Positions 10,466 to 23,976 of a DNA stretch of 64,000 nucleotides are shown here, piece after piece (within the stretch, counting starts at the first letter, position 1; every line of letters starts with the position of its first letter). A program made the translations under genes and the position numbers. The notes beneath the pieces were generated by a model that saw only the letters and a list, made by a program, of their open reading frames with translations, was not told the origin of the DNA and did not search any database. The DNA is from Perna viridis (Eukaryota). The stretch spans positions 16,545,275 to 16,609,274 of the forward strand of contig CM074525.1 in assembly GCA_037379345.1 (NCBI GenBank), written 5' to 3'.

Positions 10466-13400
10466 TACAGCAGTTATTATGTTTTAAAGTAAATGCAAAT
10501 AATGATTTATTATAATTGTCTACAACATTCATCAATGTTTCATTTTATTTAGATCGGTGTTATTACTTATCAATAAAATATAAACAAGAAATATCTTATT
10601 GTTTAAGTAATGAAATAATAAAATGTCTTAGAAAATACTTTTACTTGGCTTGGTCTGTTGTACTTATTGCATACCTGCATGTTCAATTTCATGATTAAAA
10701 TACATTTCAATTTAAATTGAAGAACTGCAGGTATGGAATTGTAAATCGATGTGAATGCAGTTCTGTCTTAGGTAATATTATAATAATATACAAGTATTAT
10801 AGTATTTAAGAAAGTGTCAATTTTTTACAATGACTACATATACTTTGATTTGTTTTGTTCGTTATCCTACTACAAAAAACATTTGATTAATTATTTAATT
10901 AAAACAAATTCTGAAAGGTTCTGATTTCGGAATAATGATTCAGAGAAACACTACATGTTTTAATTGTAACCAAATGCATACAATTTAATCGTTTTTTTAT
11001 TCTATGATATTTGCGTACTCCGATTGTTTTTATTTTACTTTATAACGCTCTTTTCTTTTATATAATAATTCTTCGCATCAAACAACACATTTAATGCAAA
11101 ATAAATAATATTCATTATAATATATCGAATTCAAGTTTGAAAACATCAGTGTGTACAAAATTTATTCTCGACAAGGACGGAATCAAACCCCGATCTTATT
11201 TTAATGTTGATTTCACGTTCGATTATATTTTAATGCCTTAGGGTACTAAATGGCGTATTTCCATAAAATCCTTACAGTGCAAAGATGAAAATATTCAAGT
11301 TCACAAAAAGCTTTCTAAGCCTTTTTATGACTTTTTATAAAAGAGTCGAAACATTGTATGGGTTACATACCATTTTACGATATAATGACAATTGGGATTG
11401 CTTATACTGGGATGGGGAACATTTAATTGTCTCAATAAAATATGTGTAAATGTTAAGAAATTAACAATTCAGTTGATTTAGTTCTGAAAAATAAAATTGT
11501 GAATTTCAGGAATAGGCGAATGGTAACATTGGGAAGTTGATACAATTTAAAATTTGTACCCATCTATGTATTTTTGAAGAAAAAATATTTTTTGTTATGT
11601 TAACGTAAAAATAGATTTGAAGCCTAAATATATATTGCTTTACAGTGTGCTTTGCTTATTCGCTATTGCTTAATCAGTTTACCATATACCTGTAATTACA
11701 TGTTTTCTTTACACTGAAGAAAATGCATATAAAAAGTTCAAAAAGGTAAGTTCAATGTTCCAAATTATAAATATATTCGATATATTGAATATCAATAATT
11801 TTTCGATATCTATATTTAAAACATATCATATAGTGAGTTTCATTTATAAATACCCATTGAACGAAATGTGATACACGTACAAAAATACAACACACCACAA
11901 TGATATTGAAAGTTTAGTATGTGTACATGCATCTAAATGAATAAGTATACATCACTCTGTAGAAGGAGAACTCTTTCAAATTTCGAATTGTCAATTAGAC
12001 ACTACTTACTTAAGTAACAGTCATTGTACAAATCAGACAGAAGGTAAAAAAAACCACCGAATTCACTTTAACTTCTTATTCTGAATCAGTAACAGAACAC
12101 ATAACAAGTCATAGTTTTTCATTTTGGGTGTTGCGCTATTGAGATGAATTTTATATTAGACTTTATATAAATTAAAGATTACAGAAGTTCTTTGCAAGTA
12201 TTGTCGTTCTTGATGTTGTTCGATTTGGTTGATTGGAGTTAAATGCATGATTTTCTCAAAAGTACAGATCTGAATATGGAAAGGACAACTGTTAAGTAAA
12301 GTTATAGCATATATAGATTGAAAAAGCATTATTTGTCTGGTGTTTTTTTCTTCACCATGAATCATTCTCATATGGACAGTGTCTGAATTTTTATACAAAT
12401 TTCTTCATCATGCCTGTAGCTTAGGGGGGAACTAGAATTTTCTATTTGACAGCTTTATTTCGACAAAAATTGACCTACTACATAGTGCCCCCTGGAAGGG
12501 GAACTGGTGCGGGCCCAAAAGTCACATTTCAGCAGTACAATAAAGCCGTAAATGCCACATACATGTATGTACGATAATAGAAATTCCAATTGTTGCTTTT
12601 AAGAGTAACGCCAGCTTGTCATATATGTAGATGATAGGTTTGCATAGTTAACGTACCCATTTATTATAGAAAAACAAAACCTGTGCATTGCCCTTGACGG
12701 AGACGAAAGAAGCGTTCAATAGTTACATATACAGTAATTTTATTGCAAATGTTGGAGGCGATTTAAACTATGAATATAATTTCATAAAAAGCGGCTACAA
12801 GTAAAAATGATTTTTTTCCCTGAACTTCAAACATAAACAAAATAAAACTCTCAGTCGGTTAATTTACCGAGATTTATCAACAGAACTGACAGAGTCCACA
12901 TTATGGCCTTTTTTTCAGCTCGAGCTTGAATCGTCGTACATTGAGGGATCAGTTAATATTGAACGTTTTCCTCGCTTCTTTCCTTTTGCGTTATTCAGGT
13001 TGAAAATGTTGAATTGCATTCATTTCATTTTTGAGAACCGTTCGCCATTCATAAACGCTGACAATGACGTAACAGGTTACTGACGTAAACATTATAAAGG
13101 CTTGTCGAACACCGGACACAACTCCGGAATCGGCGTTACATTAATTGAACTTTCATTAAACTCGCTTTATCGTTTATCCGATAATCAGTACTTATTCATA
13201 ATATCAGCATGTTCTGCATCAAAATACTTTGTATAAACAAGACATTTCCATAATTTGTTTGATATATTAACCTTAATTATGACACTTTTAGAATGTTTTT
13301 ATCATGAATACGTTTTAAATTACAAAAATATTTTTTTTAAATTCTTCATCAGTGTGTTTTATCTCTTTTGTTGTAGGTATCATGATACTTTAGTGTTTTA

Positions 13401-13867
13401 TTTTTGTTCTCTCGTCCATTCTTTTCTTAATGGAAACAACAGAATATAGTCAAACATGAAAATAACAAATAAAAAAAAACTGTCGTAGTTATTTCTGGTG
13501 TCCGAAACAACCAAAATATGTATAGCAATCGGGAAAGCCATGTATGGGATGAACGTCTCGCGAGATTCAATTCTGATTCTACTTTATCTAGGAATTCCAA
13601 GTAATGCTTATCAGATGATATATATAACTAATAAATACAATATAAAAAAAACAGTGGCAGATAAGAGAGTAATCCTTAACTTTTGACAGAAAAATAAAAC
13701 TCATCATGGATGTTTAAATTGTCAATATTGAGATAAAATGCAGCCTCCAACCATCAAGTGAATGTCCTTCAAGTAATCAGAGTTTTTACGATTCCTAAAA
13801 TACGTCCCTGAACGAACGTCAAATGTATGTATTAAGTACCATTTTGGAAAAAAAATATTTTCATTAC

Positions 13868-14055
13868 GGGTCTAGGTGTGTAAAGAATAGGCCAAGAGCT
13901 TGGCGCACAGTACCCTGGCCGGGGGCCACTGAGCAAATGGTTTGTGGTCCCATGTGGTTAAATTGGGTAACCCTGGCATGCTTCATGTTGGGGTCGTCAA
14001 GCTATAACAGAAAACACCTGACCGCAAACCATAGTGATGCAACGTGTTGGGAATG
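13868..14055 (+). mobile_element. Fragment of the SINE-like/RTE-derived family also present (split) at 28315-30642
   Basis: Shares AAGAATAGGCC, ACCCTGGCCGGGGGC and TGACCGCAAACyATAGTG..TGTTGGGAA with the reverse complement of the flanks of the 28665-30480 insertion. Confidence 0.6.
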
Positions 14056-14428
14056 CCTAAACATGTTAAGTAAACATATACTGTTCAATGAATGGTGATT
14101 ATTGCATATTTGTATTCTGACAGAGACGGAAATTTTAGCATATGAGTGATTATATAAAGTTATAAATATGATATAGAACGATAGAAAAATAATATTGAAA
14201 TGGTCCATTAAGGGATTGAATTCGTGTTACGTTTTTTTACACATAAAGTTCATACGGTCAGCTTTCAAAACGAAATGTATACCAATCTGTTAAAATACTT
14301 CTACATTCTACATTTCTATTTCAGTGAAATATAGACGAAAAACAAAATAATGAAAATATACATTACAACATTACACTATAATTACAACTAATTAAATATA
14401 AGGTTGTATCCAATATTATCTTATTTGA

Positions 14429-17400
14429 TTACTCCAGTATACAAGTTAAAGTTTTCAATTGTTCATGGAAAGATGAAACAATAGTGTCTATAGAATTAAA
14501 CGACAAACCTCCGTTAATACCAACATGGAACGCCGTATTAGTCAGTGTACTCATTATATCAAATTCGTGGTCAGTATCATGAAGTCAAATAGTAAAAATT
14601 TCAAAGTCTGCAGTTTTGTTGAAAGTGATATTATTTGGGCAGTTTTCTATAATTTTGATGAGAGTTTCCTATTAATGAGTTGTTTAGGTTAATTTTTATT
14701 ACCCCCCCCCCAAAAAAAAAAAATAAAAAATAAAAATCCCCCTTCCCAAACACATACACACAAAGTGGCAAGGGATTATGTGATACCCTCTTGAAAAGTT
14801 GTGTGTCTGTCTGTCTGTCCATATCCTTATGGTTTCATTGATTTATGATCTCGGTATAATTGATCATTGAAGCCAGAGATAATTACCAGTTTTTTTTTCG
14901 TCGCTAATGTTCGAGCTCCGTTCAATGTATCATGCATCAAACTTGATGCAATTTCAAACATAGCTGTCAAAATAGAGCAAAGTTTCAAAGATAATTCATT
15001 GATCTGTTCTCAAGTTATCATCTGGAAACCATAAGGGTATGGACAGACAGACAGACACACAACTTTTCAAGAGGGTATCACATAACCCCTTGCCACTTTG
15101 TGTGTATGTGTTTGGGAAGGGGGATTTTTTTTTTTTATTTTTTTTTTTTTTTTGTGGGGGGGGGGTAATAAAAATTAACCTAAACAACTCATTAATAGGA
15201 AACTCTCATCAAAATTTTAGAAAACTGCCCAAATAATATTACTTAAAGGGCGAGACAAAGATAAATCACTATAATCATTTGTATCGCTAATGTTCGAGGT
15301 CCGTTCAATGTATCATGCATCAAACTTGATACAATTTCAAACATAGCTGTCATATTCGCATTTGTATCGCTGTCCTGTGTAAAGAACGATAACTGTCGTT
15401 TCATATCATTCCTGTTTGTTTCGTCGAACTCATTAAAGTCAAACATAATTTTAGGTTTCTCTGAGAATGTCATCATTGGATGGTCCAAGAGCGATGCCAG
15501 ATAGACGTTTGTTCACAACGGAAGTTACGTCAGTATGTGAAGAAACATTTGACGTATCGACTACAAATATCAGATCGTTATCTTCTGTACTTGTTACGAA
15601 AGCTGTGGCATCATAAAGTTTGGACGATAAATTAAAATCTGTTCTTACTGACTTCCTGTGGATAAGACATTTTATGTGGTGAAGGCAAGTAATGTACTAT
15701 ATATACAGGAAAATGTTCATTTGATATCTATATCAAATGGATATTATAATTTTTTTCGTATATATAACATTTGACGTATCGACTACAAATATCAGATCGT
15801 TATCTTCTGACGCTTGACAAACTACAAATCACAAGTGGTTTTAAACTATTATACATTGAAAAAATACTGCTATGTCATTTTTTTAAATTTGAAGTATTGT
15901 ATCAAATATTGGGAATGTTTGTGTTTTTAAAGTGGTGAATTTAATTCTGTAAACGTTCTTCTATAAATTTAAATCAGTGCCTTGTGGTATATACCCTTCC
16001 AAAATTCCTGTCGCGTGACCCATTTTTAAGAGAGAGGGTTCGGTTGAACATTTCGGAATTGAGATATCTTGATGTTTTTTGGAGAAATTGCCACGAAGTT
16101 TTCATTTTTAAGCTGCGTCAAAATGACGTCACCCGCTTATTGTTAAACATTTTGCTGTAGAAGTCTTTTTGAAAACTGTGTGTTTTTTATTTTCATGTGT
16201 AATAATATGACAGGAGGAAGCTTAAGCGACAACCCTACAAGTCTCTCTATAATATATATTTTCTATGATTAAATATCATTACTATCAAATATTCATTCAC
16301 TATCCAACTGCTCTACAGAGAGACTTGTATAATCTGCAATGTCCATAATTGAAGCCAGACAATTTAGCAATAAGATTTAATTGAATCTTTGTCACCTTGT
16401 TAATAAATATGTACTTAAAACCCAAACATTACTGATAGTTATATGAAAAGGGTGATATTCTAACATTTCTAAGCTATGGAACAATTAATATATATTTTGT
16501 GCCTATGGATTCAGATGTTCCTTTAACACCTGAAAAGATTTTTTTTTCATATTGACTATACATCCAGAACAAAACAATTAGTATGTGTTGGGGAAATGAC
16601 CTCTTAAGTAATATCTGTAGAACTTAAAATGCTTGGCCTAAAGTGGCTAACTATAGCGACAGTGCCATCTGTTACAGTGCTTCCCAACCTTTGAACAAAC
16701 ATAAAAAAAACAAAAAATCAAAACGAAACAGAAATACAAATACAAAAAACCACCACTTTGAAAAGTGTCATCTAATAAACATATGACACTAATTTACTAA
16801 TATGAAAGTCGGGTACAAATTTATTTCACATTTGTTGCCAGGATATCCTTCTTGGCAGATGCATATATAGTTCGTATTAACGGTGTGAATGCATGTACCA
16901 CCATTATTGCAAGGTTGAGGAGTTCTTTCACATGGATTATGGAGAATTTCTGAAATAATCATTGACTGATCATTAATCATTGATTGTTTTTATCATTTGA
17001 AACTGCTCACATATTTGTCAATAAATCTTAAACCTTAAAATAACTGTACATTAAATATCTAAAGCAATTTCAAAATCTTGACTACCACCACCATAATTTA
17101 TGCTGTTAATGTTGCTCTTTATTGAAGCCTTGTCATTGTAACATCAGAAATGATGGTGCTACATGCATTCATACCTTTAATACGAACTATAAATGCATCT
17201 GCCAGAAAGAAATATAAATACACCCGTTTGTCTGGTTTGAGGAAAGACGTTTTTGTTTGAAAATAACTTTACAATCTTGATTAAAGGAACACTATTGGCC
17301 ATGCTTTTACAGTAGCAATAAGTTACAAAATGTAATATTATTAATCTTACTTCAATCAAAGCTTCCCTCTATACCTTTTTTGTTCAGACAAAATAGACGA

Positions 17401-18367
17401 CATTTTAAAAAGAAGATACAAAACCTTTTCCCCATTGAATTCTTCCAATACAAAATTAAAGAAATTGTCCTATATTTATTAAAACTTGATATCTGATATG
17501 TTGCATACGATGCGTTTATAATTTCTATATTGTAACGTTATATTACACCAAAGGGACAAACTCTTTATTTAATACCTACTATTACATGTCTTCGTAGCTA
17601 ATGCATCGAATACACTTCCCACTAGCGCACTGTAATCCATTACTATGTACACATAACTCTATTAGTGGCAATCTGATTAATTTGGCTAGAGTCAACCAAT
17701 CCCCCTATTCCTACAGCGTACACAAGTATACCCAGCTGTTGTAGTAAAACACCACCATTTTCTACTGTAGATTGTCCATCAGTAAAGAAAAACAAGTTTT
17801 TGAAGGATGAAACGCGTGCTTCGTTTGATTTTTTTGAAACATATTGTCTTTGGCAAACGCTAAAGCAATTTCAGAATCTTGACTACCACCACCATAATTT
17901 ATGCTGTTTATGTTGCTCTCTATTGAAGCCTTGTCATTGCAACATGAAAATTGAAATTCATTTCCCATAACAACGTTGAAAGCATATGCACTGATTTTCA
18001 CCCCATTATTTCCGATCTCAAACAGATCAACAAACTTTAACACGAATTGTAAGTTCTTTTGAAATTGGACCTTGTAATGCTTCCCGACTCGTCGATCAGG
18101 AAACCAATGTCAGCAGGCTGTAGCCGTCCACAACCTAAGAAACAGAATACAAAGGAAGATACATTTTATTGTTTTAGATGGGCGTTGCATGTTCTTTGTA
18201 ATTCATGTCAAATTAAACAGAAGACGGAGAAGAAATGATTACTTCTGGAATGTAAAACAGAATTGTACAATGCACAATTCGTTTAACCTTAGTAAACAAA
18301 AGAAACAGCATTCATACCTTTCCATTTGAAAGATGAATAAAAGAAAGACAGATCGTATAAATTCCAT
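14429..18367 (-). pseudogene. VWA/EGF gene B pseudogene (signal exon 18318-18367, VWA 17580-18134, EGF about 16821-16949, shattered last VWA exon 14429-15821)
   Basis: Signal exon is 50 nt (out of phase). Two frameshifts in the VWA exon. EGF donor GT changed to AT. No EGF2 or VWA2 exon seen. Terminal exon broken by duplications and inverted inserts. Confidence 0.85.
14623..15244. repeat. Inverted repeat with arms 14623-14836 and 15025-15244, derived from a Helentron/HINE-like end
   Basis: Arms are near-perfect reverse complements; contain a (CTGT)n tract and a terminal hairpin resembling 45125-45310 and 56530-56735. Confidence 0.85.
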
Positions 18368-18683
18368 CGTGTGCTCTTTGTAACTAAATCAAAATCTCAA
18401 ATGAATGTACATCATAGGACCAGGGTGCGAATAAAAAGCAGTAAATATTGTGCATTGGTAATAGGATTGTCCATTTAAACATGTATGCTACTTCCTCTAT
18501 TTGATAAATGATGATAGGTCTATACTATACATGGTGAACCTACAAAATGAATTTGGTACATATTGTACGTTTTGACTGAGTAAAATAGATTATACAAAAG
18601 AAACTTCATTGTGATGTAATATTTTAGCTCTACCGTAAACACACATCAAACAAAAACATCAGTGACATGAAATAGTATTTGAA

Positions 18684-18766
18684 AGAGTAATCAAGGGAAC
18701 CAAGGTTATAGCGGTAATCAAAAGAATGTAATCCAGGGACAAAGACCAGACATTGAAAACAGACAT
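18684..18766 (-). mobile_element. Short 3' tail of the Penelope-like element
   Basis: Reverse complement of the last about 80 nt of the shared tail. Confidence 0.85.
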
Positions 18767-19656
18767 GTCATCAACAAATAATACCCATACATGTCCAAGA
18801 CCTCAGTCACCATCATGTATTTGTCAGTACATAGGTCTATAAACACTTACCAAGTTACAAAAATAAACAACAATCTTCTGTAGTTATGAGCTAATGATAG
18901 CACACATGTGTACTGCTGAAAATATGTCTAATGATGAAGGAAAAAAATTTCTACACAATAGAAGGTGTACATCGCAAGTATGTATATAAAGCAGTGAAAA
19001 GTTTGAATATTATGGGTTGAAAATAGTGAAAATTCTTCGTTTAATACTTTTTTAAATACAAATAAGAGTAATTACCTCCTTATCTTGACGGACAGATGAA
19101 TGAACGGACGGTTTCTGGCGGTTACAAAATGTAATAGAGCTGAAGGTAAAAACAGATGAAACAGTGCAAATGACACATAAATCTCTTTTTTCATTCAAAT
19201 ACATTTCCATCGGATCTAATGATATAGGAAATAATGAACGCCAGGGAGATTTGAATGTATTTATTACATGTACGTTGCAAATGTAAGGGAACTGAGTAGT
19301 CTTTGGAAACGTTTGTCAATTAACATAGTAATGTTGCTATTTTCTTCTATTAATATCTGCACAGTTTGTTATCTTGTTATAAAAGTGCTGTAAAGCTTGT
19401 TAATTTAAGGCTATTTGCATAGTGAATATATATGTTAATGTCTCCATTTGATCTCTATATTTAAATAATACCGAAACTTTGGAATGTCAAATAAGTAAAA
19501 TACATGTGCTTTGTGTGACAGAATCAAATTGAAATTGAAAGAACTTTATATTGTCAGTATAGACGGAGGGGTAAAAAAAGTTATCTGCAAGGAAAATTAA
19601 AGCAATATCACAAATACAATCAGATATTATACTTTAATTTCCAGTTCGTATATGTA

Positions 19657-19841
19657 CTGTAAACCTATCAATTTTCGCGGATACTATCAAGTGAACATAT
19701 TTGCGAAATCTTTCGCGGTTTCAATTTATTATAAGCGTTTTGAAGTGTTAAAATCAATTTCGCGGGTACCAGTTTTCGCGCGTAAGTGTCCACCGCGAAA
19801 GAGCAAAAATAAGTACATCGCAAAAATTAATACGTTTGCAG
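19657..19841. mobile_element. MITE with TA TSD (Tc1/mariner-like)
   Basis: TA-CTGTAAACCTATCAATTTTCGCG ... CGCAAAAATTAATACGTTTGCAG-TA imperfect TIRs; internal TTTCGCG repeats. Confidence 0.75.
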
Positions 19842-21848
19842 TATTCAAATTCTTAACTTAGGTTCATTGCACTTCCAAGTGAAGAATGTAAAATTAGGCG
19901 ACATAATTTTGTCAATTTAACATACGAAAATGTACAATCGGTTGCCACATGCTTTGCAACTTCTCTTGAACTACTGACATGATTATTTCAAAAAGATTTG
20001 TTCAAGGCGCCCTTGTGCGAGTGTATACCCGCTTAAACATGACAATTCACAGCATACGACGGTTCCAATCCGACACATTCATGGTGTACAGTTAGATATT
20101 TCCGTCTTTTTATATCATGCAACCATCATTCTTACAGCGGACAAAGTCCTCATTCAAGTAATATATACGGGTTTAACCTGTGACCTCAGAATACCTGCGG
20201 GTCTAACATTATTCTGAATGAGAGGGTTTGCAGTCGAATATTACCGTTAAATCAAATACTAAAAAGAGAAAGAGTCCGTGTAGTTCCGATTGTATTCGGG
20301 ACAATTATGCATGCAGACTTATCGTTCAATATCTACTAGGACTTAACAAGACACCCAATTTCATATAAGTGACATATGTTTCGATGAGGCAAATCTAGCG
20401 CATTTTTTAATATTCTCTTGCATATTACATCTGGCTTATTTTAAACATTACAAAGTTTCGAATTCAAATTAACTGTATTTTAGTGTACAAGTTAATTTTG
20501 GTCTGTACTTAAAGCCACGGTCAGACTATGACACCGGGGGATTTTTCGTGCATTAGTGTAACACTCTATCTAAATGTGAAAGCAACTCCACTGGGCACAA
20601 CAAGAATAAACTAACTATGACAAAACGAATTTCTACTTAATATATTTAAGAAACAATAATTGCTTTTTCAGCTGAATAATAAATATATTTTAGGTAAAAA
20701 TAAAGACTGTGTATGTACTAGATAGGACATGGAAATGCATGACAACATATCTCATTTACCTTCTTAATACGATCCATCTACACAAAGGCTGTCTTTTTTC
20801 AACAATACTTTAATGCTGAATATTTCTACAATACTCTTTTGAAAATAATTTATTTTAACTGAAAACTCTAATATGTGTTACAATGAAAATAATGAAATTA
20901 TAACCCTTGTAATACGTACATACAATAGACAAATATTAAAGTGTTGATCGCACATTTATAGAGACAAATATCTTAAAATACACATGAGACATATACAGTT
21001 ACCATCTTAAATTTCAAAAGAGAATAGAAGTCACACTAAATAGACAAGTGGTAAAATCTTGTCAATACTCCAACAACTAAATAAATGTTAACACATGCCA
21101 AAGGTGCAAGGTGACTAGGGGTATGCAGTGATCAAATTATTTCAAATTACTTTGGGTAATAAAATAGACATATCAAACACCAAAATGTAATATTCAATGG
21201 TGTGAAAAATAATTTCCTTTGAAATGAACTAAAATAATAATTATTATCATTGTCAAGTTTAAACTTAATAAAGGTAATACTTTATAATCATATATATAAA
21301 AAAATTTAAAACAGATGGAATTACCTACTACAGGTACATGTATATTAAACTAAATACATGTAGCAAAACGCTCGATAGACTAAGAATGTTTGTTGCTCTT
21401 TAAAAAAAAGATTTTAATGAGTTGTGAAATCTACAAGTAATAATATCTTTCATGGTAGTAAAATATAAATGCAAATGATGGTTAGTGTGCTTGTTTTTTT
21501 TAGATATAAGCATTTGTGAACTGTCTGTCTTTCGTGTCTGTTTTCATAAAAGAAACCCATCAATTTGGGAATTTTCAAAAATTCGTCCTCCTCTCGAATT
21601 AAAAAACAACTAGCTATCTTACAATTTGACGAAAACTATATAATTTTAGGTCATCTCTCTAAAATGAGAATGTAAACAATACCATTTTTTTTAAATCATG
21701 ATTAAACGCAAATTTTAACATGACATACATGTATAAAATACAGTATTACCAGTCATATCGATATTGCAAATTTCGATATGCTGTACACGTGTTTCAAGGA
21801 ATAACCTCTCATAAATAATAATTCTGCTATAAATATCATTCATATTAA

Positions 21849-22232
21849 GTAGTAGTCTTTGTAAGAATCATGCAATATATGTAAGATGTGATACACCTGA
21901 AAAAAAGGCTCCATATTTTTATTTTAGATATTGTGTTGATTTATGGGTCTATATTATGAAATGTGTAATTATTCATTCAAATCTGCCTGCTCTTAGGAGA
22001 TAATCCAATAGATTCTATTGTATTTGAGTGTCGGTTACAGAGTTATCTCCCTTAATTTTGAAATGTACTGTACATTATATATAATTTGTATCTCCTAAGA
22101 GCACGGGTTATCTAAAAAACAACATGTTAATTTCTGTTTACTATGGCATTTTAAACAAAATATAAAAAATAAAAATATGTAGGCTTTTCACCCATAAATC
22201 ACATTTTGCATGATTTTTAGCTGGAGTGCTAC
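21849..22232. mobile_element. TTAA-flanked non-autonomous DNA transposon, copy 1
   Basis: TTAA on both sides, imperfect TIRs GTAGTAGTC..AAGAATCATGCAA / TTGCATGATTTTTAGCTGGAGTGCTAC; homologs at 47562 and 50890. Confidence 0.8.
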
Positions 22233-22251
22233 TTAATTCAGTAATATTTGA

Positions 22252-22856
22252 TTACTCCAGTTTACAAGTTAAAGTTGGCAACTGTTCATGTAAAGATGAT
22301 ACAAAAGTGTCAATTGAGTTAAACGTAAAGTCACCGTTAGTACCAATATGGAACGCCGTGCTAGCCATTGTACTCATTACATTAAATTCGTGGTCTGTAT
22401 TATGAAGTCCAATAGTAAAAATTTCAATGTCTGCACTTTTCAAATTATTTATCATTAATTCATCATCTAACGATAAATGCTCACTGAATCGTGAAATGAT
22501 TATAAGTTTTTTCTTCGCTAATGTTCGAGCTCCTTTCAATGTATCATGGATCAAATTAAATACACTGTCCAACAAAGCAGTCATGTTCATACCTGTCTCG
22601 CTGATCTGTGTAAAGAACGATAACTGTCTTTGCATATCATTTCTGTTTGTTTCGTTGAACTCACTAAAGTCAAACATAATTTTAGGTTTCGCTGAGAATG
22701 TCATCATTGATACTTTTGTTTTGGAAGGTCCAAGAGTGATCCCAGATAGAAGTTTATTCAGAATTGAAGGGATTGTATTTGTAAGGTCAGTATGCGTAGA
22801 TGAATTCGACGTATCGACTGCAATTATCAAATCGTTTTCGTCTGATGCTTGGCAGA
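22252..22856 (-). CDS. VWA/EGF gene C, exon 6: third (degenerate-MIDAS) VWA domain and stop
   Basis: TTGCAG acceptor, phase 1; DLIIAVDTSNS...KKKLIIISRF; ends LTCKLE-TAA. Confidence 0.85.
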
Positions 22857-23424
22857 CTGCAAATAACCAAAACAATGTAAAAGAGAAATGCTAAGATAAT
22901 TATCGCAACTTTACTCGTATGAGGAACAGTGTAATACTTGGGGTGCGTTTTTCGAAGTATGACATCCCATTTTTGGTGGGGGTTCATACTGCAAGTACTT
23001 GGGTTCTGTGTGTGCTGTCTTGTTTGTCTTATCATAAATTTTTATATGTAATTGTATTGTTTTTTATTGCCAATGTCGGTTTTCTGTTTCCATATTTTAG
23101 CCACGTCTTTAGATTCGATGTCTCTAAATTGTCCTTCAGTATTTCCCGGTATTTTAATAGGAACTCCGTAACATAAAACCTACTTCGTTTTTTAAAGTAC
23201 CAGAACGGCATCCACTTCAGGTCAAAATTGTTGTTTTTTTCAAAAAAAAAACATATTATGAACACATTATTGCATTATAAAGACAAGAGATTTTAACATT
23301 GTGTGTTTTGTCAAGTGCTTTTTATGCAGTCGTATAAAGAATTTATTTTTCATATCAGAGAAATAAAACTTAACATCTGCGAAACGCCAAACAGAAATGG
23401 TCCTAAAAGTCTCCTTACACATAC

Positions 23425-23976
23425 CGTTGCAAGACGTATTTACCAACTCGTTGACCATGTAGTTCCAGAGTTTATCGTTATTGTAGGGGAAAACAGAGTG
23501 AATGCTGCCAACTAATTGAGATAGCCAATAATGTGAAACGTCTTCTCCAATGGCTACAGCATAGATATTAATGTCTTCTCCAGTCATATAAATCTGGCCA
23601 GGCGTTGACGGAAGTCCGTCGGATAAAAGTATAATAAACTTCCGGACTGGTGTTTGACCTACGAGTCTGTTTCTGTTGTTTAAAATATTTCTTGCTAAGA
23701 AAACACCGTTTTGTATTGCTGAAGTGCCACCGTCCAGTTTCAACTGTTCAACGAAATTGTCAAATTTATCATTGTTCATGTTTGTGTCAAAATCTAGTTC
23801 TATTTTAGTACTTTCTGTGTATGACACAATTGCAACTTGCAACAAATTAGCAGATATTTGCCATTGCTTTGTTACCCGTTTTATTGTCTCCTTACTCATA
23901 TTAAAAAACTTGTCTCCTACACTCGTAGAACTGTCTATTACGAAAACAACATCAGATGGAAATGGTATGCACATAT
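23425..23976 (-). CDS. VWA/EGF gene C, exon 5: second VWA domain
   Basis: 552 nt, phase 1-1, AG/GT ends; DVVFVIDSSTS..GGT..ILLSDG MIDAS. Confidence 0.9.

Noticed and set aside
10248-10492. Recurrent hydrophobic ORFs (also 1416-1598, 27658-28097, 46605-46888) that look like a small membrane-protein family
   Set aside because: They are translations of the non-coding PLE 3' tail in several frames.
14631-15236. Twin ORFs MDRQTDTQLFKRV.. on opposite strands
   Set aside because: Artefact of the inverted repeat and its microsatellite.
17580-18134. Gene B as an intact gene with homopolymer sequencing errors
   Set aside because: Both VWA frameshifts are in homopolymers, but the out-of-phase signal exon, lost EGF donor and shattered last exon are independent lesions.
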